Shown: piece after piece, positions 18,537 through 28,298 of the stretch
Layout of the letters: each line of letters starts with the position of its first letter
How positions within the stretch are numbered: position 1 is the first letter of the stretch
Assembly (NCBI GenBank): GCA_030532225.1
Contig: JAUNLQ010000003.1
Location: 77,715 to 141,714, forward strand
Direction of reading: 5' to 3'
Length of the DNA stretch: 64,000 nt
DNA from: Bacillota bacterium
GTDB taxonomy: Bacteria > Bacillota > Clostridia > Tissierellales > Peptoniphilaceae
Notes under the pieces: model-generated
What the model was told of the DNA's origin: nothing
Database searches by the model: none
What the model saw: the letters and a program-made list of their open reading frames with translations, nothing else
Translations under genes and position numbers: made by a program

Positions 18537-19211
18537 CTAAAATTCTTCTACTAGGGCCAAAACCATTTTAGCTGAATTGTCTGAGGCCTCAACTTTAAAT
18601 TCATCATAGGTCATAGATCCACCGTCATCTGCCAGGTCTGAAATAGTTCTAATTACTATAAAAGGCAGCTTGTTAATAAAGGCAGTGTTAGCAATGGCAG
18701 CCCCTTCCATTTCTACACAAAGGGCAGAAAAGTCCTCTTGTAATTGGGCCTTTTTCTTAGAATCTTCTACAAACAAATCGCCAGTTACTATAGTTCCAGT
18801 AAAATGCTTAAGACCTTCTCTGGAAAAAATTTCTTCAGCTAGTTTAACAGCTCTTTGGTCTGCATAAAAATATTCTTGGTAGGGAAAATAGGCCTTTAAA
18901 ATTTCATGGTCAAAGTCGTGGAAGGTTAGCTTTTCTCCAATTACTACAGAAAGTACATCTAGACGGCTGTCTAGGCCTCCTGCTATGCCAGTGTTTATAA
19001 TAAAATCTGGACCAAACTTGTCTATCATAATTTGTGTAGACAAGGCAGAGTTCACCTTGCCTATAGAACATTGGGCCACAACTAGGTCCTTGCCCTTGTA
19101 TTTTCCTGTATAATAAGTAAAACCAGAAATTTCCTTACTTGCCAAGTCTTCAATATGATCTAGAATCAGCTTTACTTCAGACTCCATGGCTCCTAAAATT
19201 CCAAATTTCAT
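18537..19211 (-). CDS. mtnN: MTA/SAH nucleosidase
   Basis: GILGAMESE, IGKVNSA, INTGIAG, VEMEGAAIA, IRTISDLAD. Confidence 0.93.
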   Translation of the reverse strand: MKFGILGAMESEVKLILDHIEDLASKEISGFTYYTGKYKGKDLVVAQCSIGKVNSALSTQIMIDKFGPDFIINTGIAGGLDSRLDVLSVVIGEKLTFHDFDHEILKAYFPYQEYFYADQRAVKLAEEIFSREGLKHFTGTIVTGDLFVEDSKKKAQLQEDFSALCVEMEGAAIANTAFINKLPFIVIRTISDLADDGGSMTYDEFKVEASDNSAKMVLALVEEF

Positions 19212-19443
19212 ATTCTTTCCTCTTTTCTATTGGATTTATAACAATTACTTATTTATCTATATGCTAATGTTATCTCAAAATCTATAATTTATCAATTTAT
19301 TACTTTAATCTAAGGCTAAATTTTTCTACAAAAGAAAGAAAATAAGAAAAGTGCCTTTGAAATAAAAAGCACTTTAATCTTTTATAGGCAAACTGTTTTT
19401 CTAATATATTTTCTAGATTCATTTTCTTTTCTTAAAGCTGGAT

Positions 19444-20196
19444 CTATTTTTTGCAAGTGTCTACAAAATACTTAAATATTTTCAAATGGTCTGAATCTTT
19501 TTGAGCCAGCATTTCTGGATGCCATTGGACAGCCAGCAAAAATCTTTGTCTGGCATTTTGGTCTTCTAGGGCTTCAATAATTCCATCTTCAGACATAGCT
19601 CCAATTTTTAGGCCCTGGCCCAGGTCCTTGGCTGCCTGGTGGTGGTAAGAATTGACCATTAGCTCTTCTTGGCCTAGGATTTCATAAAGGAGGGAATCCT
19701 TTTTTATTTCCACTTGGTGGCTTACATTCCAAGAGTAGTTGCAGTTTATACTGTGGTCCAAGTAGCCTGCAGAAGGAATATCTAAAATTAAATTGCCCTT
19801 TAAATAAACATTTAGCATTTGCAAGCCCCTACATACGCCTAGGATTGGCTTCTTTGTTTCCTTGTATATATAGTCTAAAAGCATTAGCTCTTGCCTGTCC
19901 CTTTCAGGGGAAACTTTGCCTATTTTGCTATTAGGCCTTTGCTTGGCTAGTAGGGGGTCCAGGTCTGCCCCACCAGTAAGCAAAAGTCCGTCTATAAGGT
20001 CTGCTATGTCTTTAATATAGGCTTGGTCTTCAGAAATTGGTATAACAAAAGGGATTCCCCCTGCCCTAATAATGGCATCTGAGTAGTCGTTGGGAATAAC
20101 TGACCATTTTTGGCCATAAGTACCTACTCCTGAATCAGAATAATATTGGTGGTTGTCGTCAAAATTACATGTAAGTCCTATAATTGGTTTTTTCAT
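19444..20196 (-). CDS. Peptidase C26 / gamma-glutamyl hydrolase-like glutamine amidotransferase
   Basis: LLLTGGAD, PILGVCRGLQ, VNSYHHQA, AVQWHPE. Confidence 0.92.
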   Translation of the reverse strand: MKKPIIGLTCNFDDNHQYYSDSGVGTYGQKWSVIPNDYSDAIIRAGGIPFVIPISEDQAYIKDIADLIDGLLLTGGADLDPLLAKQRPNSKIGKVSPERDRQELMLLDYIYKETKKPILGVCRGLQMLNVYLKGNLILDIPSAGYLDHSINCNYSWNVSHQVEIKKDSLLYEILGQEELMVNSYHHQAAKDLGQGLKIGAMSEDGIIEALEDQNARQRFLLAVQWHPEMLAQKDSDHLKIFKYFVDTCKK

Positions 20197-20295
20197 TCTT
20201 GCCTCCTTTGCATACTTATCTTCATTTTAGTTTAATTACTTTTAATAAGCAAGAAAAAACCAGGTGCATGACCTGGTCTGAAATCTTTTAAATTT

Positions 20296-21489
20296 TTAAG
20301 AAAACTTTATTTTAAAGCCATCTTGGTCGTAGCATACTTGCCAGTTGTGAAGCTTGGCTATTCTTTTTACATTAGCCAGGCCTAGGCCCCTGTTTTTTTC
20401 TCCACTTCTACTTGGGTCTCCTGTTACCATGGCTTGGAAGATTTTCTCCCACAAGTCTTTGTCTATAGGCTTGCCTGTGTCTTTTATGGTCAAGGTTTTT
20501 CCTGTAAAGGAGATGTTGGCTTGGACTGGTTTTTCTTGGTGGTCTATGGAGTTTTGCAAAATGTTTTCCAAGACCCTGTGATATAAATCTAGGTCAAAGG
20601 CTGTTTCAAATCTTTGGTCATCTGCAAACAAGATATTGACTTGGAGGCCATTTTCTTGGTAGTAGGAATAGTTTTCTCCTACATATCTTCTAGTGGCTTC
20701 TAGGATGTCCTTTTTTTCAAGCTGGTCTAGGTCGACTGCGCCTAGGTTGGCATAGGTCATTAGGCCCTCTAGTCTAGACTTTAAGGTGTAGGCCGCCCTT
20801 TGGATCTTGTCGTAGTAGTGGTCTTTTTGGGCTTCTTGGATTAGGCCTTCTTTCATGGCCTGGTTGTAACCGATTATAGCTGAAAGGGGGGTCTTCATGT
20901 CATGGGCCAGGCCTGAAAACAGCCTGTCTTTTTCTGCTAGTTCTGCCTGGTATGTTAATTTTTCTTCTTCTTGGAAAAACTTAGTCAGCCTTCTTATTAG
21001 GTAGTAGGTCCCACTTATATATATAAGGACAAAAATTAGACCTAAAAGACCTAGGCTTATGGATCCTCCTGGAAAGTTAGAGTTTACCTTTATAGTTGGA
21101 GTTTGTTCTACCCTTTCCTTGGGAAAGAAAAGCAAAAGTTTCTTGTCCCCTTGGCTGTCATAGGAAAACATAGTGTTTTCACTGACTTGGTAATTAGAGT
21201 AGTCTATTAGGTCATAAAGGTTCAGGTCCTTGTGTTGGTCTATGTTAAAGGTTTTTTCAACTCTGCCAGCCTGGTCTACTAAAAGACCATAGGCTCCAAG
21301 CTTGGAAAGTTGGTCCCAGTCCAGGTCTTCATAGGCCACATAGCTATCTGAGGGTATGCTGTCTGCCAGCCTAGTCCCCCTAGCCAAAAAAATACTAAGG
21401 GCAAAAAAGCTAGTAAATATTAAGACTGTAAAAAGAATAAAGGCCAGCATAAAACTTAGGGTCTTTTTAAAGCTTGTAGATTTATTCAT
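20296..21489 (-). CDS. Sensor histidine kinase
   Basis: Two TM segments, LAHDMKTPL, NILQNS, DTG, GLGLA. Confidence 0.92.
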   Translation of the reverse strand: MNKSTSFKKTLSFMLAFILFTVLIFTSFFALSIFLARGTRLADSIPSDSYVAYEDLDWDQLSKLGAYGLLVDQAGRVEKTFNIDQHKDLNLYDLIDYSNYQVSENTMFSYDSQGDKKLLLFFPKERVEQTPTIKVNSNFPGGSISLGLLGLIFVLIYISGTYYLIRRLTKFFQEEEKLTYQAELAEKDRLFSGLAHDMKTPLSAIIGYNQAMKEGLIQEAQKDHYYDKIQRAAYTLKSRLEGLMTYANLGAVDLDQLEKKDILEATRRYVGENYSYYQENGLQVNILFADDQRFETAFDLDLYHRVLENILQNSIDHQEKPVQANISFTGKTLTIKDTGKPIDKDLWEKIFQAMVTGDPSRSGEKNRGLGLANVKRIAKLHNWQVCYDQDGFKIKFS

Positions 21490-22180
21490 TTTTTTCTTCC
21501 TTTACCATGGTGTAGCCAATTCCTCTAATGGTCTTGATTATCTGAGGATTTCTTGGGTCTCTTTCAATTTTCTCCCTTAGCTTGGAAATATGGACCATAA
21601 TGGTGTTGTCTGCATAGACATAGGCCTCTTCCCAAATGTCTTCATAAATTTCTTCCTTGGTGAAGACCTTGCCTGGTTTTTCTAAAAACTTTTTCAAAAG
21701 TAGATATTCCTTGGCTGTTAGGTCTAATCTTTGGCCGTTTTGGTAGATCTGCCTATTTTCTCTGTCTAAGACCAGGCTGCCATTTTTCACTTGGGTCTTT
21801 TCTTCTTTTTTTGGTTCTGGCCTTCTTCTTAAAACTGCCATAACCCTGGCCACAAGCTCGCTAGGATCAAAGGGCTTGTCCATATAGTCATCAGCCCCTA
21901 AATTCAAACCTAGAATTTTGTCTTCCACCTTGGTTCTGGCAGATAAAAAGATTATAGGAAAGTTTCTAGTCCTGCCTAGTTTTCTAATAAGTTGAAAGCC
22001 GTCTAAAACTGGCATCATAATGTCTAGGACCATAAGGTCAATGTTTTCTTTGCCAAGTAGGTCATAGGCTTCCTGGCCATTTTCTGCTTCTAAAACTTCA
22101 AAGCCTGCGTTTTCCAGATAAAGTCTTAAAATATCCCTTATGTCTTGGTCGTCATCAACTAGCAAAATCTTTTTCTTCAT
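21482..22180 (-). CDS. OmpR-family response regulator
   Basis: ILLVDDD, LDIMMP, GADDYMDKPF, NTIMVHISKLREKIE, TIRGIGY. Confidence 0.95.
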   Translation of the reverse strand: MKKKILLVDDDQDIRDILRLYLENAGFEVLEAENGQEAYDLLGKENIDLMVLDIMMPVLDGFQLIRKLGRTRNFPIIFLSARTKVEDKILGLNLGADDYMDKPFDPSELVARVMAVLRRRPEPKKEEKTQVKNGSLVLDRENRQIYQNGQRLDLTAKEYLLLKKFLEKPGKVFTKEEIYEDIWEEAYVYADNTIMVHISKLREKIERDPRNPQIIKTIRGIGYTMVKEEKNE

Positions 22181-22185
22181 TAAAT

Positions 22186-23061
22186 CTACTCCATTAAATC
22201 ATCTAGACCTAAGGACAAGTCAAATTTTATTAATCCTAACTTGTCTTCCTTGGCTAAAATTTCCGTCTTTAGGCTGCCTAAAAGGTAAAATTTTTCTGTC
22301 CCCTGGCTAAAACTTTTATAGAACCCATTTGGTCTTTGGCCTAGGTCTAAATTGACTAAATTTTCCACATATCTGGCTGTTCCTTCAACAAGTTGTAAGT
22401 TTCTGGAATTTTCCCAGTACAGGCTGTACTTTTCAGGTCCCAGGGTCTTTTTTAAATAAGCCTTTAGGTCTTGGTAGGCCTTGGTGTAGGCTTGCTTTTG
22501 GCCTTGGTCCCTATAGGCAAGGAGGGCCTTAAGCTCTTTCATATATAGGTCCTGGTAGGCCTGGTCCTCATCTAGCCTGTTTAAAATTTCCAAAAACTCC
22601 TTATAGGTCTGGTCTTCAGCCTTGAGTCCAGCTTGATTATCATCGTCTAGGCCTTTTTCCATTTGATGGCAGTGAAAGCCTTCATGGGCCAAGACCGCCA
22701 GATAAGTACTTTCTAGACTAACCTTGTCCAACTTTCCTTGGTCAAAAATATTCCTAAAGTCCTTTATAGGCAGGGTCAAAATCACAGGTCCCTGGTCTGT
22801 ATTTAAGGCTGAAAAACTAAGGGGATAGCTGACTCTTTCCTCAGTAATTTGACCTTGAAAGTAACTATAAGTAATTTTATCATAGTTTACCCTAAGTGGG
22901 TACTTGGCTGGGTCAAAGGCTGGGAAATATTTTTCTCCATCTAAGGTCTCTAGGCTTTGTATTGGCCTTAAAGTTTCTGGGTCAATGGTTTGGATCCTAG
23001 TCTTGTACATGGCTAAGAGCAATAAAAGACCTAGGCCTAGATATAGGATTTTATTTTTCAT
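22186..23061 (-). CDS. Exported/membrane-anchored putative gluzincin metallopeptidase
   Basis: N-terminal hydrophobic segment, HEGFH (HExxH) and downstream EGTARYVE. Confidence 0.6.
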   Translation of the reverse strand: MKNKILYLGLGLLLLLAMYKTRIQTIDPETLRPIQSLETLDGEKYFPAFDPAKYPLRVNYDKITYSYFQGQITEERVSYPLSFSALNTDQGPVILTLPIKDFRNIFDQGKLDKVSLESTYLAVLAHEGFHCHQMEKGLDDDNQAGLKAEDQTYKEFLEILNRLDEDQAYQDLYMKELKALLAYRDQGQKQAYTKAYQDLKAYLKKTLGPEKYSLYWENSRNLQLVEGTARYVENLVNLDLGQRPNGFYKSFSQGTEKFYLLGSLKTEILAKEDKLGLIKFDLSLGLDDLME

Positions 23062-23818
23062 ACTTGGCCACCCCATGAATAATTAAGGCCACAAGACCAA
23101 GAAGCAACCACAAATAAAATAAGGATGAAAATAGCAAATTCCAAGAAGAAAATTCTCCAAAGAACAAGTCTCTGGCTATGGTGGCAAAGCTGCCTATAGG
23201 AGGCAGGGCCTTTAAAATAAGCCTAAGAAAGTTGGGAAAGGCTCCTCCTAGATTGCCTAAAACAATGTCCAAGACTCCCCTTAAACTTGCTAAGATTACT
23301 AAAAGGACTCCTATAAGATTTAAGGCCAAGGGGCTAATAAAAAAGCTAAGGCCTGTAATCAAAAAGCTTACAGAAGAAATTGCAGTTAAATAAACTAGGC
23401 TAGCCAAAATAAAGTTCAAAGGACTACTTGCTGGTCTTTTAATAAGCAAGGACACTAGCATAGCCAGGCCTAAAAGAAGGGCCATTTGAAAAGAAGTGAT
23501 AACATTAGCAAGGAAAATCCCCCAATACTGGTCTTTTTTCTTTAGGCCATGGAGGCTAAGTAGGTCTGTAAAGTTGCCCTTCTTGTGCCTGCCAGCACTT
23601 GGAGCACAAATACTTACACTTGCCAGGGCTGCCAAAAGAATTAGCCCTGTCCACTGGTAGCCATATTGGCCATAGTCAGATGATATGTCAAGGTTTTGAT
23701 TAGTGGAAAAGGTCATAAAGGAAATTATTAAAGTCATAAAAGACCCTACAAGGGCATAAACTACAAAACTGGATTTTTTTCTTCCTTCTTTTAATTTAAG
23801 CAACAAAAAATTATACAT
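23051..23818 (-). CDS. ABC-2-type transporter permease
   Basis: About six TM segments; coupled to the ABC ATPase. Confidence 0.75.
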   Translation of the reverse strand: MYNFLLLKLKEGRKKSSFVVYALVGSFMTLIISFMTFSTNQNLDISSDYGQYGYQWTGLILLAALASVSICAPSAGRHKKGNFTDLLSLHGLKKKDQYWGIFLANVITSFQMALLLGLAMLVSLLIKRPASSPLNFILASLVYLTAISSVSFLITGLSFFISPLALNLIGVLLVILASLRGVLDIVLGNLGGAFPNFLRLILKALPPIGSFATIARDLFFGEFSSWNLLFSSLFYLWLLLGLVALIIHGVAKYEK

Positions 23819-24491
23819 AGTTTCCTCCTTGGTAAGATTTTTTTGCCAGGTCCATAAACATTTGGCCTAAGGATTCTTGGGCCAGGTCTTCCTTAGAAAA
23901 GCTCCTATGGCTTTCAGGGCCCATAAGTATAAGGCCACAGTCACAAACTTTTTCCACATCTAAAAGTAAGTGGGAATTTAAGATTATGGTCTTGCCTTGG
24001 TCCTTAAGTTTTTCTAAAAGGTCTATTATTAGCCTTTGGCCAAAATAGTCTAGACCTGCTGTAGGTTCGTCTAACAAGAGTATATCAGGATCACCCACCA
24101 GGGCCTGGGCCACTGCTAGACGTTGTTTCATGCCCTTAGAATAGTTTTTTATTAAAGTCTTGCTAGTAGGCTCTAGACCAAGAAGACTTAAAAGCTCTGA
24201 AGCCTGGTCCTGGGACCCTCTTAGCTTTATGAAAAATTCCATAAGGTCATGGCCTGTTAAAAAGTCTGGAAAGTCTGGACTTTCTGGAGAATAAGCCAGC
24301 TTCTTTTGGCCTTGAAGTCTAATCTGTCCCTGGTAGTCCTTATCCCAACCTAGGATCATCTTCATTAAAGTAGTCTTGCCCACTCCATTTGGCCCAATTA
24401 GGGCGAAGATTTGTCCCTGGTCTACTTGAAAACTTAGGTCCTTGTAGAGCAGCTTTTTGCCAAAGGACTTTTTTAAATTTTTTATTTCCAT
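23811..24491 (-). CDS. ABC transporter ATP-binding protein
   Basis: GPNGVGKTT, YSKGMKQR, LLLDEPT, NSH. Confidence 0.93.
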   Translation of the reverse strand: MEIKNLKKSFGKKLLYKDLSFQVDQGQIFALIGPNGVGKTTLMKMILGWDKDYQGQIRLQGQKKLAYSPESPDFPDFLTGHDLMEFFIKLRGSQDQASELLSLLGLEPTSKTLIKNYSKGMKQRLAVAQALVGDPDILLLDEPTAGLDYFGQRLIIDLLEKLKDQGKTIILNSHLLLDVEKVCDCGLILMGPESHRSFSKEDLAQESLGQMFMDLAKKSYQGGNYV

Positions 24492-24508
24492 TTGATCACC
24501 TCAAGTAG

Positions 24509-24563
24509 ATTATAGGACCTGAAACTTTAGCCAGCCTTAGGCCAAGCTTAAATTAAACTTAAA
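24509..24563 (-). promoter_or_regulatory. Response-regulator-dependent promoter: four 11-bp-period direct repeats plus -10
   Basis: Minus strand reads TTTAAG-N5-TTTAAG-N5-CCTAAG-N5-CTAAAG-N10-TATAAT. Confidence 0.75.
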
Positions 24564-24619
24564 TATAATTTTGCCCACAAAAAAACGGCAGACCTAAGTC
24601 TACCGCAAAAAATTTTATC

Positions 24620-25216
24620 TTATTTTACTAATTCTTCAACTTGGTCTAAGGCCATACCTTCGCTACCAGCATCTCCCTTTGGAGCTTCTTCAGCAAAGTT
24701 ATATAGAACTTGGCCATCTTTTACTACTAATAGAGCACTTTTAGCATAAAATGGGTTTAGAACCTTGATGATTGGTTGTCTAGTTTCTTCTTTGCCTTCA
24801 TAGGCTTTAGAAGCATTTACTACACTTTCAACAAAGCCGTCCCAGTCAGCTAGGTCTGTGCTTTCTTCATAAGTGTGAGCCTTAACAGCATCTGCTACTA
24901 GGTTGTAGTCTTCACTGTTTCTTTGTTTTAAAGTAAATTCAAAGGCATCTGTGTTTAAGAAAATAATAAAATTTTCCACATATGCACTGTCTATTTCTTT
25001 TGCAAGGTCTAGTTCTCCTTGGCTTATTAGGCTCTTATCAATAGAAGCCATAAAATCAGATTCTGAAGCTCCTTTTTCTTCAGTTTCTGCTGCTGCTTCT
25101 TGGTTTTCTGTTGTTGCTGCCACTTCTTCATTGGCCTTTGGGTCTTCCTTAGCTGGGCTTTGGTTACATGAAGTTAGAACAAGCATTAAAGCCAAGGTTA
25201 AAAATAGTTTTTTCAT
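24620..25216 (-). CDS. Acidic lipoprotein, function unknown
   Basis: MKKLFLTLALMLVLTSC lipobox; GGAGG RBS before ATG 25216. Confidence 0.8.
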   Translation of the reverse strand: MKKLFLTLALMLVLTSCNQSPAKEDPKANEEVAATTENQEAAAETEEKGASESDFMASIDKSLISQGELDLAKEIDSAYVENFIIFLNTDAFEFTLKQRNSEDYNLVADAVKAHTYEESTDLADWDGFVESVVNASKAYEGKEETRQPIIKVLNPFYAKSALLVVKDGQVLYNFAEEAPKGDAGSEGMALDQVEELVK

Positions 25217-25280
25217 TTTCGTCCTCCAAATTTTTAAAATTTCTTTGCCAAAATTCGTCAAGTTTTTGGCGTCGATTACC

Positions 25281-25309
25281 ATTATAACAAGGTCTTATGC
25301 CTATGTCAA
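25281..25309 (-). promoter_or_regulatory. Consensus sigma-A promoter of the lipoprotein gene
   Basis: TTGACA-N17-TATAAT with TG extension. Confidence 0.85.
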
Positions 25310-25364
25310 AGAATTGTATAAATTACAGTATATTAGAAATTTATTTTAATTAATTGAAATTTAT

Positions 25365-25739
25365 TTATATGTTTTTTTCTAGCCAGTCTTTCAAGACTAT
25401 AGCCTGGTTGTGTTTTTGGTCCTTGGCTCCATAAAGGAGGATTAGGTCTTGGTCTTTTAAAATATCTTGGACCTTTTTTATAAGGCTTTTGCCTTGGGGG
25501 TTTTGGTCTAGTTCTTTTAAGTATTGGTCTTTAAAGCTTTCAAATCTTTCTGGCTGGTGGTTAAAGGCCTGGCGGACTTCCTTTGAAGGGGCTAAGTCCT
25601 TGGCCCAATAAAAAGGCTCAAGATCTGATTTTTTTATTCCCCTTGGCCAAAGTCTGTCTACTAAAATTTTTTGGCCCTGCTTTACTTGGTCCAGGTCATA
25701 AACTCTTTGGATTTTTATTTTTCCTTGCATCTTTTCCAC
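25365..25739 (-). CDS. DUF488/YeaO family protein
   Basis: RVYD, LVDRLWPRGIKK, WAKDLAPS, LLYGAKD..HNQAIVL. Confidence 0.9.
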   Translation of the reverse strand: MEKMQGKIKIQRVYDLDQVKQGQKILVDRLWPRGIKKSDLEPFYWAKDLAPSKEVRQAFNHQPERFESFKDQYLKELDQNPQGKSLIKKVQDILKDQDLILLYGAKDQKHNQAIVLKDWLEKNI

Positions 25740-25790
25740 CTTCCTTAAATTAAAGAAAAGGCGATATTACTACCGCCTTTGTTAAACTTA

Positions 25791-25976
25791 TTATTTTTCT
25801 TCTATAGCTGAAACTGGACAAGAATCCATAGCTTCTTTTGCTGCTTCTAAGTATTGGTCTGCAACTTCTTCATCAATGGCTACAGCCACTCCATCATCTG
25901 TCATTGAAAAAACTTGGGCACAGATGTCTGCACATAGGCCACAGCCTATACATTCTTCATTTACAAAATATTTCAT
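25791..25976 (-). CDS. Monocluster ferredoxin
   Basis: CIGCGLCADIC ... CPVSAI. Confidence 0.92.
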   Translation of the reverse strand: MKYFVNEECIGCGLCADICAQVFSMTDDGVAVAIDEEVADQYLEAAKEAMDSCPVSAIEEK

Positions 25977-26046
25977 GTTTTCCTCCTAATTTTTCTATTT
26001 TACTTTGCTTTCTGGTCTTATTATATTATACTTATCTTAAGAATTC

Positions 26047-26062
26047 TGTTGTTTTAACAACA
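26047..26062. promoter_or_regulatory. Crp/Fnr-type operator
   Basis: TGTTG-N6-CAACA palindrome between the divergent ferredoxin and Crp/Fnr genes. Confidence 0.7.
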
Positions 26063-26078
26063 AAAGTGAGGTTTTTTT

Positions 26079-26750
26079 ATGGATACAGACTTTTTAATGA
26101 CTACTAAACTATTTGAAAATATTAAGGCCGATGACTTTCTCAAGCTTTTTTCTTGTATTAGACCTAGGCAAGAATCCTTTACAAAGGGCCAGCTAATTTA
26201 TTGTGCTGGCAGCCAAGTTGAAGAAATTGGTCTTATAAAAAGCGGTGGGGTCAACATTGTCTTTAATTCCTATTGGGGTAGTAGACAAATTTTTGCCCAC
26301 CTTGGTCCTGGCCAGGTCTTTGGAGAAAACTATGCTGCCCTTAATAATATGTCCCTGGCTGCAGATATTGAGGCTAGTGAAGACAGTCAAGTTATTTTCT
26401 TTAGACTACAAAGTTTGTTAACTAGCTGTTCTAGGTCTTGCGTTTTTCACCAACAGTTGATTTTTAATTTGTTTAAAACTTCTGCCCAAAAAAATCTCCA
26501 GCTAACTAGGAGGATGATTCACACCTCTTCCAAGTCCCTAAGAGACAGGCTGACTTCCTACTTGTCTGAACAAGCCAAAATAAATAACAGCCCTAAGTTT
26601 TCTATTCCTTTTAATAGACAGGGCCTGGCTGACTATTTAGGCGTAGATAGGTCTGCCATGTCCAACCAGCTATCTAAGATGAAAAAAGACGGCCTAATTG
26701 ACTACAAGAAAAACCACTTTGTCCTTAAGGACCTAGAAGAAGGCTACTAA
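26079..26750 (+). CDS. Crp/Fnr family transcriptional regulator
   Basis: cNMP-binding fold (GQVFGE), CSRSCVFH, HTH LADYLGVDRSAMS..LSKM. Confidence 0.92.
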   Translation: MDTDFLMTTKLFENIKADDFLKLFSCIRPRQESFTKGQLIYCAGSQVEEIGLIKSGGVNIVFNSYWGSRQIFAHLGPGQVFGENYAALNNMSLAADIEASEDSQVIFFRLQSLLTSCSRSCVFHQQLIFNLFKTSAQKNLQLTRRMIHTSSKSLRDRLTSYLSEQAKINNSPKFSIPFNRQGLADYLGVDRSAMSNQLSKMKKDGLIDYKKNHFVLKDLEEGY

Positions 26751-26778
26751 AAGTTCCTAGATAAACTTAACTTTTCTT

Positions 26779-27522
26779 CTAGTAGTCCTTGTCTTCTATA
26801 GGCTGACTTTGGATTTTATAAAGTTCTTCCAAATCTTCTATACTGGCAGACCTAAGACTTGCTACTGGAATATTGTAGATAGAAAGGGCCTTGGTCCAAG
26901 ACTGGGCCTGGCCTTGGTCCGCCCTATCACTTTCAGGAATTAAAATTATAGAATAGTCTCTTATGTCCAAGGAAGTTTGGCCCATAAGCCTGTCTAGGTC
27001 CCTTAGAATTTCCATGGCCTTAGAAAAGTCTGCCTGGTCAGCAAAGCCTTGAGCCAAGGCTGAAACTTGGAAGGGGAAATTTTCCAAATCCACTTCTTGG
27101 TCTAGGCTTAAAACTTCCATACCCTTACTGTCATCTATACTTAAGGAAATTTCATAGGCCTTGGAATTTTCTTGGGCCAGGTCCCTGCCATAGATCCTTA
27201 AGGCATCTGAAAACCTAAGCCAAGTGTTAAATAAAATATCAGAATAAGTATCATATTTTATCTGACCAAAGGAGTCGGCTCCTATTTCAAAGCTTGTATC
27301 CTGGCTAGTTCTATCTTGTATATCCATGGTGTAAGAGGCAGTTTTAAAGTTATAAAAAATCTCTCCCTTTTCAAAGTCCCTAGCTGGATAGCTTACTTCT
27401 ATGTATTTGTTAATGGCAAATTTAGCAAATTGTTTAGATAAGGGATTACCAAATAAGCCATTGGCCACATAAAGGCCCCCTATTAAAACTAAGACTAAAA
27501 GAATTTTTAAAAGTTTTTTCAT
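26779..27522 (-). CDS. Hypothetical membrane-anchored protein (YfjL-like N-terminus)
   Basis: N-terminal TM, FGNPLSK..A..YI..Y, YNFK motif. Confidence 0.6.
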   Translation of the reverse strand: MKKLLKILLVLVLIGGLYVANGLFGNPLSKQFAKFAINKYIEVSYPARDFEKGEIFYNFKTASYTMDIQDRTSQDTSFEIGADSFGQIKYDTYSDILFNTWLRFSDALRIYGRDLAQENSKAYEISLSIDDSKGMEVLSLDQEVDLENFPFQVSALAQGFADQADFSKAMEILRDLDRLMGQTSLDIRDYSIILIPESDRADQGQAQSWTKALSIYNIPVASLRSASIEDLEELYKIQSQPIEDKDY

Positions 27523-27627
27523 AAAAGCTCCTTAATATAGATAATTATAGCCTAGGACCAGATAAAAAGCAGTTAAAATTTGCTGAAAAAAACCTGGCCA
27601 TTAAGGTCAGGTTAAAAACTTTTTATT

Positions 27628-28221
27628 TTATTTTACTAGGCCAACTGCTTCAAAGTAACCTTGTGGATGGTCACAAGCTGGACATGCTAGAGGAGCTTCT
27701 TCTCCTTCGTGGATATAGCCACAGTTTAGGCACTTCCACACAATTGAGTGGTCCTTCTTAAACATTTGTCCTGCCTCTAGGGTATCAAGTAGAATTTGAA
27801 ATCTTTCTCTGTGATGTTCTTCTACTTCTCCAATTTCTTTAAAGGATTTGGCAATTTTTGGGAAGCCTTCTTCTTCTGCAATTTTTGAAAATTCTGGATA
27901 CATGCTAGTTGCTTCTTCGTTTTCTCCATCAATGGCTCCCCTTAGGGCAAGCTTAGTGTCCTTATAAACTACAGGAAAAGCTGTGTATTCTGGATTAAGT
28001 TCAACTGCTTCGTTTTGGAATTCGTCTTTTAAGTACTTGTATAAAGTTTTGGCATGGACTCTTTCGTTGTCTGCTGTTTCTGCAAAAACTCTAGCTATGG
28101 ACTTGTAGCCTGCTTGGTCTGCGATTTTTTGAGATATAACATATCTTTGGTAGGCTTGTGATTCACCAGCAAAGGCTGTTATTAAGTTACTAGCTGTCTT
28201 AGTTCCTCTTAGTTCTTTCAT
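27628..28221 (-). CDS. rbr: Rubrerythrin
   Basis: AFAGESQA, NERVHA, GENEE..MYPEF, EEHH, WKCLNCGY..CPACDHP. Confidence 0.95.
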   Translation of the reverse strand: MKELRGTKTASNLITAFAGESQAYQRYVISQKIADQAGYKSIARVFAETADNERVHAKTLYKYLKDEFQNEAVELNPEYTAFPVVYKDTKLALRGAIDGENEEATSMYPEFSKIAEEEGFPKIAKSFKEIGEVEEHHRERFQILLDTLEAGQMFKKDHSIVWKCLNCGYIHEGEEAPLACPACDHPQGYFEAVGLVK

Positions 28222-28298
28222 TATACTTACCTCTTTCTTAAATATTTTCTTATATTATATTTATAACCTATAAAAAATGGCTTAAACACTAGGTTTGC

